Made by a program: the position numbers and the translations under genes
Shown: one piece after another, positions 27,480-40,622 of the stretch
How positions within the stretch are numbered: position 1 is the first letter of the stretch
Layout: each line of letters opens with the position of its first letter
The notes under the pieces: generated by a model
Told to the model about the DNA's origin: nothing
The model's database searches: none
Seen by the model: only the letters and a program-made list of their open reading frames with translations
Origin: Takakia lepidozioides
Lineage: Eukaryota; Plantae; Bryophyta
Direction: 5' to 3'
NCBI GenBank assembly: GCA_030704615.1
Contig: CM060733.1
Coordinates: 2,914,001 to 2,978,000, forward strand
Length of the DNA stretch: 64,000 bases

Positions 27480-28297
27480 CCCCTAAGCATCAAAACGACC
27501 CAAATTGGGTCGGTTGGGTTTAGAAAACAGGCTGGTTATCCCTGAGGTTAAGCCTGATGTGGGCCCACATAGGCTCATTCAATTGGAAATCAAGTCAGGT
27601 ATGATGTGGCATTTCCCAATTGGTCAGCGACCTAACAATTGCCACGTGGAGAGGCACCCCCTCAAACCCTCCACAAGAGAGGGCTACTGCCCAAAAATTA
27701 TAGGCCCACATAGGTGCAAGTGCAAGTCTCATGGGCAGGGGATAAAACCTAGTAGGAGACTCAGATTGGCCCGAAATGTTTTTGCGGAAAAGCCATACCC
27801 ACTCACAACATTCCGACCGGAGCGATTGCCAAATGAACGGCTCAAAAATTTTCCTCAATTTTCTGAACAAACCTTTTTTCCTGCCCGAAGGAAAACCCCA
27901 AATTTGACCCCCCATTTTTAGCATACAAAGCAGCTCACCTGAGATTATGTCAGAAAAAGATGAAATTTGCAGGGAAGGTGTCTTATATGACAGGGCACCA
28001 GATTCTGGAGAGTGTCATGTCAGACCAGATTGCAGATGGGAGATTCGATAGAAAAAGCACTTTTTTTTTCCCTATTTACTTTTTTTTGTTTTTTTGGCAC
28101 CACTTTAGACATTATATTCTTTGGATCTGCTGGTTGGATTTAGACAGGGATTTTTGTGGTCGTAGGTGGGGTAGTTGAGAGTATATTCCAACAGTTAGTT
28201 TTACAGGGCCTTAGTAAATCTCAAGATATAAATGTTTTAGAGGGCCAGGGTCCAGTTTTTGAGGTCTTGGCAAAAATTGGCCCTTGTCCTTTAGGGG
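27480..28297. mobile_element. Second TTAA-flanked piggyBac-like non-autonomous element (818 bp), imperfect TIR
   Basis: TTAA|CCCCTAAgcatcaa ... ttgtcctTTAGGGG|TTAA, with subterminal hairpin cgacccaaattgggtcg. Confidence 0.7.
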
Positions 28298-29202
28298 TTA
28301 ACATGCGTCAAACCATTCTTTGGCTCTGAAATTGGAGTAAAGTAGAAACGTTGGGCTTGGATTTTTGTTAAAATCTTCCTAATCACAAGGTACAGCAGGT
28401 GCATGAAGTAGGTAGGGTGACTTTCATGCAGTTCATCCCTATGGATGTTTGTCTGAGAAATATACCCTCATCATGAGAGTATGTTCCATTTTGTAGTGGG
28501 TCCACCAAAAACGGGCTCGTCCAACCATTAGGGGTTAAAAGATAGACATCCCATGTCATATGAATCAATGAAATTGAATAGTGCTGCAAAAACATTTCTA
28601 GTTCATGAGCTGGAATTTTATGACCTAGTTCATGCATTATGAACTTGATGGCACTAGTTGATGTAAAGAAGTTTATGATCATCACTGATAATGTATTACG
28701 GAATGGGCAAGCCCCTGCCAACTCTGCAGGGTAAGCCGCCAGGCGCCTGGGTCGGCATATCCACCGTGGGTTGATAACTCCAAACATCTAGAATCCATTC
28801 AGGTTGCGGTGCTCAAATAGAATTTGGCCTGCCAAGATGATTTTCCATTCATACAGGTCATCCACATTGTGAATATGTGGCACCTAAAGCATGTTGGCCC
28901 AAAATTTCAGAGCCTAATTCCAAAATCTCATAAGGGTTGCTTTGTATGGGAAAATAGGGGGGTAAAAAATACCATACAGTACAATTGACCCCCAAATCAG
29001 CATTGGGGTGTCCTAATTCTACGTGGAACCACAATTCCAGCGGTCATAGTCTTCCTTGCCTATTTACTAAAAGACCCATCATTCTAACCTATGTAGAGAT
29101 ACAAATTTCCATTTTTGAGAATTCCTCCCTAAATCCCAGCTCAGGCCAAATATTGCCTGTCAGTTTAGGATTGGACGATGCTACCTGGATCCTTCTCTTC
29201 CT

Positions 29203-32200
29203 GTCATAACATACTACAACAAAAACCATGTTGATGGATGTGACAAGGTCTGCCATTGCCACATTGACCCGACTTCAAGTAACACCCGTTTCGCGCACGC
29301 ACCTCACCTTAGTGAAGAGGTTAAGATGTGGATAACGGATAGCATACGTGCTGGGTTGTCGCCTGTTGAAATCATGGCCCAACATGAACAACAGGTATTT
29401 GACAGCAAGGTCAATGGAGAGAAGTGGTGTCGTGATGATGGTGTAGTCTCAACCTCAGCTGTTGGTTCTACTTCTTCATACTCTTCCTCTTCCAATTTCT
29501 TCTCTCTGTTTTCATCCTCCAAGTTCTGCCCTTGGGTTTCTTCTTCACTCATAACTAACTCAACTGCAATGGTGTTGGAGAGTCTGAACTCTCCGTTGGC
29601 TCTGCCACATCCTCTCCTCCTTCTTCACCTTCCGTTTCAGAAATTGGAGTTCCTGCTTTTGGTGTTCCATGCCAACTCTTATCAAAGATTCCCGTCAAAT
29701 CTTTTATCCAGGGATGTACCTCAGATCTTTCACCTCGTGCTTGATCTTCTTCCCGTACCAATTCCCTTAATCTTTCTTGCAAAGAAAAAGAAGGAGTGGC
29801 ATCCAACTCTAGTTCTTCCGGTATGGGTGATGTACTCTCTGATCTTAATGGTGTGAGAGGTCCAGATGATTCCCCTATGTCTATTCCTCTCTCCCAAAGA
29901 TATGGATAATTAGCTTTCAGATTACTTTCTCTTTTTGCTGAATATCTCTGGAGTCTAGCTTCTCTTTCATCACTCATGTCCCATGTCTTTCATTTCTTTA
30001 ATGTGGCAATAACCAAAACTCTCTTCTGTAGTATCTCTCGTATATGCCTGGGTTTCTTTCAAGCTTCAATGCACCCTTGGCTATACTAGAAGTCTCCGTT
30101 ACCATATAACCATATGGCAAACAAGTCTGGAAAGCTGTTCTTGGTGTGAGTTTGATCCACAGAATATCCTTTGGAATCCAATTCTTTACCAGAACAAGCT
30201 TCTCATGCATATGAGTATAAACATTCACCTTCCTTTCCTCCCAGCCTTCAAACTCTACTCGCTTAATGGATAGCAATGCTATCATCACATAAACCAGTGT
30301 TGGTAACCAACGTGCTCTTCCTCTACAGGCCACCTGATAAATCTTTATCACCCCTTTCTCCAGACCCCACTCAGGGTCAGCATCATGCACTCTCTTAAGA
30401 ATGTTTTCTTTCGCGGTGAGTGGGTGAAGCCTAAGGAACCCGGCACCTTCGAGGGCGTTTGAAATCGGAAGGCACTCAACACCTGGTTCCTGGAACGAGG
30501 GGACCAGTCTGAAGATGTGGAAGGAGGCCTAGCCCCAGAGTGTTTTCTTCTATCAAGAGGACACACCCGATGCCCCTGCTGGAGGAGCACGGCGCGGCAA
30601 TGTTGACCTCAAATTTGCCATTGGCATTCAAACAGAATTTCAAAAAAAAACAATGCTCGAAATGGGTGACAAACGAATCGTCTCTTGTGATGCGACCTTC
30701 GGAACCAATGAACACAAGGTGTGTGGAATCAATGGCGTGGACTCTTGGGAGCATGTCAAGAGCATAGCATCTTTCACTGTGAAGGGGATCAGTGGGGAGC
30801 AGGGGATCAATGGAGAGCAGGGGCACACGGGGAGCATAGCTTTATCCGATGTGTAGGGGATCACGACACTGGGTCGTCACCAGTGACCTATTAATCCCCC
30901 TATCGGATTCGACACCACAGCTGCCTCAGCCCATTAGGGGACCAGACACATGGGCCAAACTCCATTATATATATTGCTCTATATATGTTGGGACCATTTT
31001 GGGACCATGACATGTACTTGTGTGATTCGTAGTGATGGGTGCGCCGGCAGGAGGGAAGACAGCTTAGCAAATGCATGCCTTGGGGGGTTATAGAGAGGAA
31101 TGATGGAGGAATGGTCTCCTTCTAGGGGATCATGGCATAGCCCACAGGGGGGATCACAGAATACTAAAATGAGAACAGAAGGGGTTATAGGGTTTGGGGT
31201 TCACCTCCTGTGATTTCTTGAAAAGTACTTACATTGCACATTTTCGTGTTTGTGTGCAGTATGCCATGTATACTCTTCTGGTCTTCGACATTTGGCTGAA
31301 CGGCATCCCCGTTGCATACATAATACCTTCAAGAAACAATGCCAACGATTTGTCAAGTTGGATGTCGGCTCTTCGTCAAAGGCTCCAGGCCGATCAGCCG
31401 GATTGGCGTCCCAACGCATTCATTGTGAACGATGCCGATGCTAAGATTAACGCCATTTGGTTTGTTCGCAATCCCTCCCCCTTACCAATGAACTTCCATT
31501 GTCTTGCCTGCTTCTGCATGAGAGGAGCACTGAGAGGGGACCAATCACAATGTTTCTTGGCGGGGGATCCGTGTAGAGGGGACCAAGAGTGTAGGGTTGC
31601 ATGGGGGATCAGTGAAAGGGGATCGATTATGGGATCAGTGATCAGGGGACCAGGAGACTCAAGGTACCAGGGGATCAGGAGCAGCAGATCTTAGATCCGA
31701 CAATGATTGAGGGTCCAGGAGTCCAAGGTTGCATGGGGGGATCAATGAAAGGGGATCAATTATGGGATCAGTGATCAGGGACTTGGGACACTCAAAGTAC
31801 CAAGGGATCAGGACCAGCAGATCTTAGATCCGACAATGTGATTTTTATCGACCTTTGACTGGCCATAGGAGGGCTCATGTATTCCCCTTTCATTGCCTTC
31901 ACCGGATCTGCATGAGGGGGTCAGTCAAAGGGGATCAAGGGATCACGAGCAGGGGAGCACTTATCAGAGAATCATACTTGTATCTGATTTTGTGGTGGTC
32001 CTGTTGTGGTATTGTAGTGGCCTTGCTAATGCGGTTTTGTGGATGGTTCAGGCATACGTTCCCAGGGGTGCGGATTTTCCTGTGCCTTTGGCATGTTCGA
32101 AGGGCCTGGCTGAGGAATGGCATCGAGAAGATCAAGGATGCCCAATTAAGGGCCAATGTCTTGCAAGGTATGGGGGACATCATCTACAATAAAGGTGGTC

Positions 32201-32995
32201 CCATTGGCGACTCTTCGCAGGCCTGGGCTGTGTTTCAATTATATGACTTACAAACAAAGTATCCCGCAGCTAAACTGTTCTTCTTGTATATCCACAAATG
32301 GTGGATCCCGAAAGTGGACATGTGGGTTGTTGGAGCTCGAAATATCCCACATGCCGGACAAGATACGAATGCTGGAATTGAAGCGTACCATGCCAACCTG
32401 AAGAGGCGCTTGTCCCAAACAAGACAGAAAATGGACGGGCGTCGACTAGATTGGTTGGTCTACATCCTAACAGGTAGCCTCCTCACACATTATTGGTACA
32501 TTTCGACCTTGAAAGCTGAAGGTTTCATTTGCAACTTAGGAAGGAACATTTCGTGCAAAATGCGGTGTGGATGGCTGGGTAGATACCGAAATCCAACGTG
32601 GAATTGCTCGAGCACACGGGGGATCCTACGAAGGTAAAAAGCATGTCTTCTCCAAGCACTGTATACACTATATGCAATCTAGCATCCGAGTGGACTTGTT
32701 GTGACTGCCCTAACGCCATGGAAGGGAACCTATGCAAGCACCAAGTCAAGGTGTTCAAGATGTTGTGGCCACATGTACCAGAGGGTTTAATTGTCCGAAC
32801 TTGTGGAACACGACTTGGGACACTCAATGGGGGCATGGCCAAGTTGCTCGACCTTGATCCCCTATCCGCTGCGGAGCCCCCATGTGACACAGATCCCATC
32901 TCTGGCATTGATCCCCTATACCAGACACGGTTCCGGCTGGCAATGTCTTGGGCGAGCAGCAGCCCCGCCATGAATCGGAGGCAACTGTCATGAAG
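29203..32995 (+). pseudogene. Spliced MULE-type transposase with SWIM finger (similar to Arabidopsis At1g60560/At4g13970-like proteins); interrupted at ~29440-30530 and at 32996
   Basis: VITYYNKNHVDG...HAPHLSEEVKMWI...CRDD. Exon to 30718: SVFFYQE...IGIQTEFQ...SCDATFGTN. Exon 31260-31459: YTLLVFD...GIPVAYII...PNAFIV. Exon from 32052: LCLWHVRRAW...DTNAGIEAYH. SWIM: CDCPNAMEGNLCKH. Confidence 0.88.
29440..30530 (-). mobile_element. Foreign insert inside the MULE gene, probably a 5' accessory-ORF/pre-gag fragment of a Gypsy element
   Basis: Opposite-strand ORFs 29998-30390 and 29555-29977 (acidic, GESSG) replace part of the MULE coding sequence. The layout resembles 16924-17467. Confidence 0.4.
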
Positions 32996-33234
32996 CCTAG
33001 TTGCAAATTTGGACGTGACGTGGCGTTGACGTGTCAGCGTCACGTCCAACGTCAGCGACGGACGTGCGTCACGTCACGTCCTAAACCGACGTTACTGTAC
33101 ATAAATATGTTTATTTTTTTACTTTAATATTGACTATTTACAATGAGAACCGACGTGGCAACCGATGTGGCCTCATTACGTGGACTTCATTAATTATCTG
33201 TAAAATTCATATATTATGATTTATATTGTCAATC

Positions 33235-33668
33235 ATGCGACCGTCAGCAAAGATTGGTCGGACATTATTTATTTATTTATAAATAGGTGCGACCACCAGA
33301 AGGGGGTGGTTGCATATTTTTTCTTATTTTTTAAATGGGTGCGACCACCAGCAGGTGGTGGTCGCAGCATTTTTTTTTTTTTAGTAGGTGCGACCACAAG
33401 CAGAGGTCGGTCGCATATTTTTTCTTTTTTTTAAATTGGGTGCGACCACCAGCAGGGGATGGTTTTTATTATTTTTTTAAATGGGTGCGACCACCAGGGG
33501 ATGGCCGCACATTTTAATTATTTTTTAAATGGGTGCGACCACCAGCCGGTGGTGGTCGCAGACTTTTTCTTTTTTTTTTATTAGGTGCGACCGCTCCCTG
33601 ACACGTGGCGAGGCGTGAATGGGCAGCAGAGGCGGTCGCGCGCCAGGCCTCTCCAGGCAGTATATAAG
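33235..33668 (+). promoter_or_regulatory. Array of TGCGACCACCAGC..GGTGGTCGCA palindromes ending in a TATA box upstream of the kinase
   Basis: About 7 palindromic units with T-rich spacers, then GGCGGTCGC, then TATATAAG at 33661. Confidence 0.7.
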
Positions 33669-33955
33669 GGCCTACCCCTCATTCCCAACCCATTTTTTTC
33701 CCTCTCTGTGAGTGCGGTTCTGGGCTTCTTGGAGTTTGAACTTCGGTGGCCAGGACTGAGCGTGGGGGGGGGAGAAAGTGGATTTGTGTGGGGGAGGAGT
33801 TTTTGCCTTTTTTTCCTGGACTGCGGGAGAGTTTGCTTTGGGTACTATACCAATAGAGGGTGAGAAATTGGTCTGCTAGTATATAAGGTTATCAATAGTC
33901 TGGGTTTAGTTTTCCGTTACGAAGCCGCGCGTCTATTCCGCAGAGTACTTTCATC

Positions 33956-35124
33956 ATGTCCGGAAACGTTGCTTCGAACGCAGTGTCAGGGGTTCCTCGG
34001 GAAGTGGGCGTTGAGGGTCGAAAAGTTATCCCGATCATTTTTCAACGGATCGGAGGATTCCACCAATGTGTGTAATTTCGTGGATGCAACGCAAAATACT
34101 TTTATGCCGAAATGATGGAACTTTGCCAGCCATAATTGGACTTTGGCAAGCTCAAGTTTCCTGAGGATGGAGGAAGGAATGATCCCCAAATTCTAACGAA
34201 TTGTACCATACCCTCAGGCGGTCGAGTTGTTTGTGCGTTTGTGGAATGTATCTCATGCAAGCCCGCGGACAAAACCCTGCCTTCCATGGAGGGTTTCGTA
34301 CGTCGTTTGGCGTGGGTCTTTGATGTGAGATACAATCCACAAGCAAAACAAACTCCTCCTCCAAGGCATGCGTTCATCTACAGGTGTTAACAAACTTGCC
34401 ATGGTTTTCAATTCCATGTGGCATTGGGGGTCGTCCATCATTTCGAACTCGAATTGGATGAATCTAAGGTTATATGTCGTAAAGATTCAAACGCATTAAT
34501 TGAAATAATCCAACTTGAGGGGCGGGATAGGGAAGCAGGCAGGCTACCGGTTTGATTCCGACAGAATCGCACCCAATTGGCATGGGCGCTTTTGCACATC
34601 ATGCTCAACGTCCATAATCACCACCTCTTGCACAACGACATGTCCCCCGACAACATCTTGTTGCATTTTCCACAAGGGTCTGAAATGTGTACATCGGGGT
34701 ATGCGATTGGGGGATGGCCTCCACGACGGATGACCCAAAAACCACGTTGTACATTTTCGAGAGCAGAGACAAGATGATAAAGACTCTCGCACATAGATGG
34801 TGGATTGCACCTGAAATTGCAATTGTTCATAATGTAGCCAACAACCAGTCAGATGGCACACCTCGTAGGCCCCCTCTAACCGTGCCATCAGAGACCTTTG
34901 CAATTGGAAAGATAGCCCAGGCAATAAATGGGGGTAACACGTTCGATGCAAGCCTGTTCAACGATATGTCTACTGGAACCTGTTTTGCTTCCGCTCTGGA
35001 AAACTTGTGTGTAGACACAGTAGAGTTGCGGTACAAACTAGAAAATGTTGTGAAGCGTTTCATGACGGGGCTATTCAATTGGCCTGAGCCCAAAAATTGC
35101 TGGAGGATGGATAGAAACTTGTAG
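33956..35124 (+). pseudogene. Protein-kinase-like cargo gene (HND/DWG variant), frameshifted as given
   Basis: Catalytic loop LLHNDMSPDNILLHFP, YIGVCDWGMA (DFG equivalent), RWWIAPE and SETFAIGKI. ATG at 33956 follows an acceptor-like ttccgcag. Several frame breaks. Confidence 0.8.
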
Positions 35125-35289
35125 ACCTCTGACTGTACATCATGTTTGAATAAATGTTGTTTTCAATTGTGTTTGTCTCGTACCATAATGTTTTAATGGT
35201 TTGTTACTTGGCCATGGCACCTGGGTCCATCATATGGGATAATCAAGCACCACACCCACGAATCTTGAAGAGTGACAGTGTACACCGGT

Positions 35290-38200
35290 CAATGGGTGAA
35301 CCAATCGTTCCCCTGCCAAATGATTTTAGATTGATTTGAAACTTTGGGAGTGTCTTGTACATGCCCTCTTTAAGTTACCGGACAAGTATGAGGTCAATCT
35401 AAAATGGTTCTAAGGGTGAACCAATAGTTCCCCTATTAAATGATTCATGATTGAAAATTGGTTGAAAGGTTTAACGAGTCGTTCGGGGGGCAAATGATTA
35501 TTTTTCTTCGCTTGCAACTTTGTGTACGTGATTTGTACGTACTTAAGCACATATGGACCAAAGTTGAACTTCAACAAAGTTGTTTGAATGGGTTATTCAA
35601 ATTCATAAGAGAAACAACCTTTCGCCTGCACATGAATTGTTTTTAATTCCATTCTGAAGCCATATGCTTGATAACAACATGAAGAGTTGCATGCAAAATA
35701 TCACCATGAACAGACATCGTCTGCATCCAAAACACATTTTATTCCCTCATTTGCACTCCAAGGTGAAGTTATCTTCAACTTCATGCACTCTTCATAGAGA
35801 GTTCTGCAATAGTGAGCATAGAGCAAAGGATGAACGTTTTTTTTTTCCAAAATTTTCTTTGGTACATTTTTTGGCAAGGATGTGGTGGTGTGAGGGTTCA
35901 ACTCACAGAACAAAATCAAGCCAAAAACAAAATCATTGCCCACACTCATTGCGCCCCACAATCCTATGCCTCTAAATCATTTTATTTAGTAAAAATCCAG
36001 TTCAATTCAAAATTGGATGAAAGGTGAACGGAAACTTCCCCGATGAAATGATATTTTATTGCTCCGAAACTTTGCAAGTGTCTTCTACATGCCCTCTTAC
36101 ACGTCTTTGAGAAGTATGACATCAATCTAAAATGGTTTAAGGTGAACCAATCGTCCCCCTACCAAATGATTTTAAATTGATTTGAAACTTTGCAAGTGTC
36201 TTGTACATGCCCTCTTACAGGTCTTTCACAAGTTTCAAGTCAATCTAAAATGGTTGAAAGGGTGAATCAATCATGAACATATCAAATGATTTTGGAGTGC
36301 TTTAAAGCTTTGCAAGTGTCTTTCACATGCCATTTTAAAGGTACCGGACAAGTATGAGGTCAGTAAAATATGGTTGAAAGGGTGAACCAATTGTTCCCCT
36401 ATCAAATGATTTTACATTGCTTTGAAGCTTTGCAAGTGTCAGCCACATGCCCTCCTACAAGTACCGGACAAGTATGACGTGAATAAAAAATGGTTGAAAG
36501 GGTGAACCAATCATTCCGCTATCAAATGATTTTATATTGCTTTGGATGTCATTGCTTTGGTAATTCTAGCCCCCAATGGCCCATTGTAACCCTTGAATTA
36601 CAATTCAAAATGCAATTCAAGCCCTTAAAATTGGTAATGCCAGTCCCTAAAATGACCAACCCCGGCCGCCCCTCAAATTGTAATTTGAGCCCTTGAAATT
36701 GTCAATTCCAACCCCTCAAATTGCAATTGAAGCCCCTGAAATTTAATTCCCCTCAAATTGCACTTCTAGCCCCTGAAATGGCAATGCCCCTCAAATTGCA
36801 AAATTTGCCAGCCCCTGGAATGGCAATTTCAGCCCCTCAAATTGGCTCCAATCACCCCTGCCAAATGATTTTGGATTCATTTGAAACTTTGCGAGTGTCT
36901 TGTACATGCCCTCTTAAAGTTACTGGACAAGTATGATGTCAATGTTAAATGGTTCAAAGGGTGAACCAACAGTTCCCTGTTGGATGATTCATGATTAATC
37001 GTTAACGATTGATCTCATATTACACTGGGACCTATCAGAGGGTACATTGAACACACTGGCCAAGTCTCAAAGCGAACGAAAATCATTTGGATGGGCAACC
37101 ATCGTCGGCCATTGAACGAATTTTGGTTGATCTCATATTACTCTGGGGCCTCTTCCATGGCACATTGAACATACTGGCCAAGTCTCAAAGCGAACCAAAA
37201 TCATTTCGATGGCCAACCATCCGTTGAGCCATCGAATGAATTTTGATTGATCTGATATTAGTCCGGACCTGTGAGAGGGTGTCTCAACGTACTGGCAAAG
37301 TTTGGAAGCAAACAAAAATGATTTGGATGGGCATCCGTTCACCCATTGAATGTATTCTGTTGGATCTGCTATTATTTTGGGACCTGTTGGACTGCGTTTC
37401 GCGTGCTCATGTTTTTTTTTTTCATTCTTTTTTGAATGGGGCGTGTAATGAGCCATATGCAACGTGCGTGCCAAATTTGGGAGCGATCAAAATTCATTTG
37501 GACCCAAAACCACAGTTTTTTCCCGTTTTGCACTCCAAACTTGATTTGTTCACTTCATGCACTCTTCATAGAGTTCTGCAATAGTGAGCGAAGAGAACAT
37601 TTTTTTTTGGGCATTTTTTATTGGTCCAAATTTTGGCGGGGAGTAGTTGGGATGCTTGAAGCCGCAAAACAAAATTGAGCCAAAAACAAAATCGATACGT
37701 GCCAGAAACCCCCAATGAAAGGCAGTGCAAACCTATTTATTGGCTTAAAATTAATTTAAATTCAATTACATTATGGAATGGCTTGGTGTCGATGGGGAGG
37801 CAAATGATTTATTCGTCTGTTGTGTCTCCGCACATGTTCGCACACATGTTCAAGCACATGCGGGCAAAAGAGGGGCTTCAACCACATCCGTTCAATGGGT
37901 GCAATAGCCGTGCACGCATTGCAGGATTTCTTTTTCGCAATGAACAAAAACCAGATGACAACTGAACGCCTCATTGGCCCATTGAACGAATTTCGATTGA
38001 TCTCATATTACACTGGGACCTATCAGAGGGTACATTGAACACACTGGCCAAGTCTCAAAGCGAACGAAAATCATTTGGATGGGCAACCATCCGTCGGCCC
38101 ATTGAACGAATTTCGATTGATCTCATATTACTCTGGGGCCTCTTCCATGGTACATTGAACATACTGGCCAAACGAAAAAGATGGCCAACCATGTTGAGCC

Positions 38201-40505
38201 ATCGAATGAATTTCGATTGATCTGATATTAGTCCGGACTGTGAGAGGGTGTCTCGAACGTACTGGCAAAGTTTGGAAGCAAACAAAAATGATTTGGATGG
38301 GCAACGTTGAATGTATTCCGTGGATCTGCTATTGCTTTGGGACCACTGTGTTTCGCGTGCTCACGATTTTTTTTTTCATTTTTTTGAATGGGGCGTGTAA
38401 TGTAGCCATATGCAACGTGCGTGCCAAATTTGGGAGCGAACATAATTCATTTGGACCCAAAACCACAGTTTCTTCCCTGTTTTGCACTCCAAACTTGATT
38501 TGTGTTCAACTTCATCTTCATAGAGAGTTCTGCAATAGTGAGCGAAGAGAACACTTTTTTTTTTGGGGCATTTTTATTGGTCCAAATTTTGGCGGGGGAG
38601 TAGTGGTGGGATGCTGGAAGCCAAGAACAAAATTGAGCCAAAAACAAAATCGATACGTGCCAGAAACCCCAATGAAAGGCAGTGCAAACCTATTTATTGG
38701 CTTAAAATTAATTTAAATTCAATTAAATTGTGGAATGCTTGTGTCGATGGGGAGCAAATGATTTATTCGTCTGTGTCTCCACACATGTTCAGGGGCAAAA
38801 GAGGGGCTTCAACCACATCCGTTCAATGGGTGCAATAGCCGTGCACGCATTGCAGGATTTTTTTTTTCGCAAACAAAAACCAGATGACAATGAACGCCTC
38901 ATTGGCAATCGAACAAATTTTGATTGATCATATTACACTGGGACCTATCAGAGGGTACATTGAACACACTGGCCAAGTTTCAAAGCGAACGAAAATCATT
39001 TGGATGGGCAACCATCCGTTGGCCCATTGAACGAATTTCGATTGATCTCATATTACTCTGGGGCCTCTTCCATGGCACATTGAACATACTGGCCAAGTCT
39101 CAAAGCGAACCAAAATCATTTCGATGCCAACCATCCGTTGAGCCATCGAATGAATTTCGATTGATCTGATATTAGTCCGGGACCTGTGAGAGGGTGTCTC
39201 AACGTACTGGCAAAGTTTGGAAGCAAACAAAAATGATTTGGATGGGCAACCATCCGTTCACCCGTTGAATGTATTCCGTTGGATCTGCTATTGCTTTGGG
39301 ACCTGTTGGACTGTGTTTCGCGTGCTCACGATTTTTTTTCATTCTTTTTGAATGGGGCGTGTAATGTAGCCATATGCAACGTGCGTGCCAAATTTGGGAG
39401 CGAACATAATTCATTTGGACCCAAAACCACAGTTTCTTCCGTTTTGCACTCCAAACTTGATTTGTGTTCAACTTCATGCACTCTTCATAGAGAGTTCTGC
39501 AATAGTGAGCGAAGAGAACACTTTTTTTTTGGGGCATTTTTATTGGTCCAAATTTTGGCGGGGGAGTAGTGGTGGGATGCTGGAAGCCGCAAAAAAATTG
39601 AGCCAAAAACAAAATCGATACGTGCCAGAAACCCCCAATGAAAGGCAGTGCAAACCTATTTATTGGCTTAAAATTAATTAAATTCAATTACATTATGGAA
39701 TGGCTTGGTGTCGATGGGGAGGCAAATGATTTATTCGTCTGTTGTGTCTCCGCACATGTGTCGCACACATGTTCAAGCACATGCGGGCAAAAGAGGGGCT
39801 TCAACCACATCCGTTCAATGGGCAATAGCCGTGCACGCATTGCAGGATTTCTTTTTCGCAATGAACAAAAACCAGATGACAACTGAACGCCTCATTGGCC
39901 CATCGAACGAATTTCGATTGATCTCATATTACATCAGAGGGTACATTGAACACACTGGCCAAGTCTCAAAGCGAACGAAAATCATTTGGATGGGCAACCA
40001 TCCGTTGGCCCATTGACGAATTTCGATTGATCTCATATTACTTGGGGCCTCTTCCATGGTACATTGAATATACTGGCCAAGTCTCAAAGCGAACCAAAAA
40101 TTTGGAGGCAAATGATTTATTCGTCGTTAATGGTGAAAAGGATAAACCAAAGGTTCCTTGATAAAAAAAAATTTGAATGATTTGAAATTTTGCCAGTATG
40201 TTCTACATGCCTCTTACATGGACCGACAAGTATGAGATCAATAAAAAATGGTTCACAGGAGGAACCAATGGTTACTTGATGTGCCGATTTCTGAATGCTT
40301 TCAAACTTTGCCATTGCATTGTACATGCCCTCTTAAAGGTACCGGACAAGTATGAGTTCGATTTAAAATATTGCAATGGGTGAACCAATGGTATCTTCAT
40401 TCAGCAATTTTTGATTGTTTTGAAACTTTGCCAGTATATTGTACATGCCGTCAAACAGGTACCGAACAAGTATGAGGTCATTCAAAAATGGTTCAAAGGA
40501 TGAAC
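35290..40505. repeat. Satellite of ~120-bp monomers in both orientations, including a ~930-990-bp higher-order tandem repeat (about 3 copies, ~37010-40100)
   Basis: Forward monomers aaactttgcaagtgtcttgtacatgccctc...caagtatga at 35330-36540 and 40180-40500. Reverse-oriented monomers lie in units starting gatctcatattac at ~37011, ~37999, ~38926 and ~39920. A gcccctcaaattg minisatellite is at 36570-36850. Confidence 0.9.
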
Positions 40506-40622
40506 CTCGTATTTCCAAAAATTACGTAGACTATACAGTGGGTTGCACATTTAAGTTTTCGCAACCTGACCTTTGGCCTACTCCCTACGTTTCTAGCCTT
40601 TAGTCATCTTCATCTAGATTTA

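Noticed and set aside
32985-32995. Reading the duplication as an 11-bp TSD (CTGTCATGAAG)
   Set aside because: The extra CTG on the right belongs to the TIR end. Only the 8-bp reading puts GTTGCA in register at both termini and matches hAT biology.
33235-33600. CRISPR-like appearance of palindromic repeats with spacers (also 47712-48180)
   Set aside because: The context is eukaryotic, the spacers are low-complexity A/T tracts, the repeats are degenerate and no cas genes are present. They are transposon subterminal arrays.
37133-40161. Many 60-160-aa ORFs repeated three times
   Set aside because: They arise from the ~1-kb tandem repeat, and frames are not conserved between copies.
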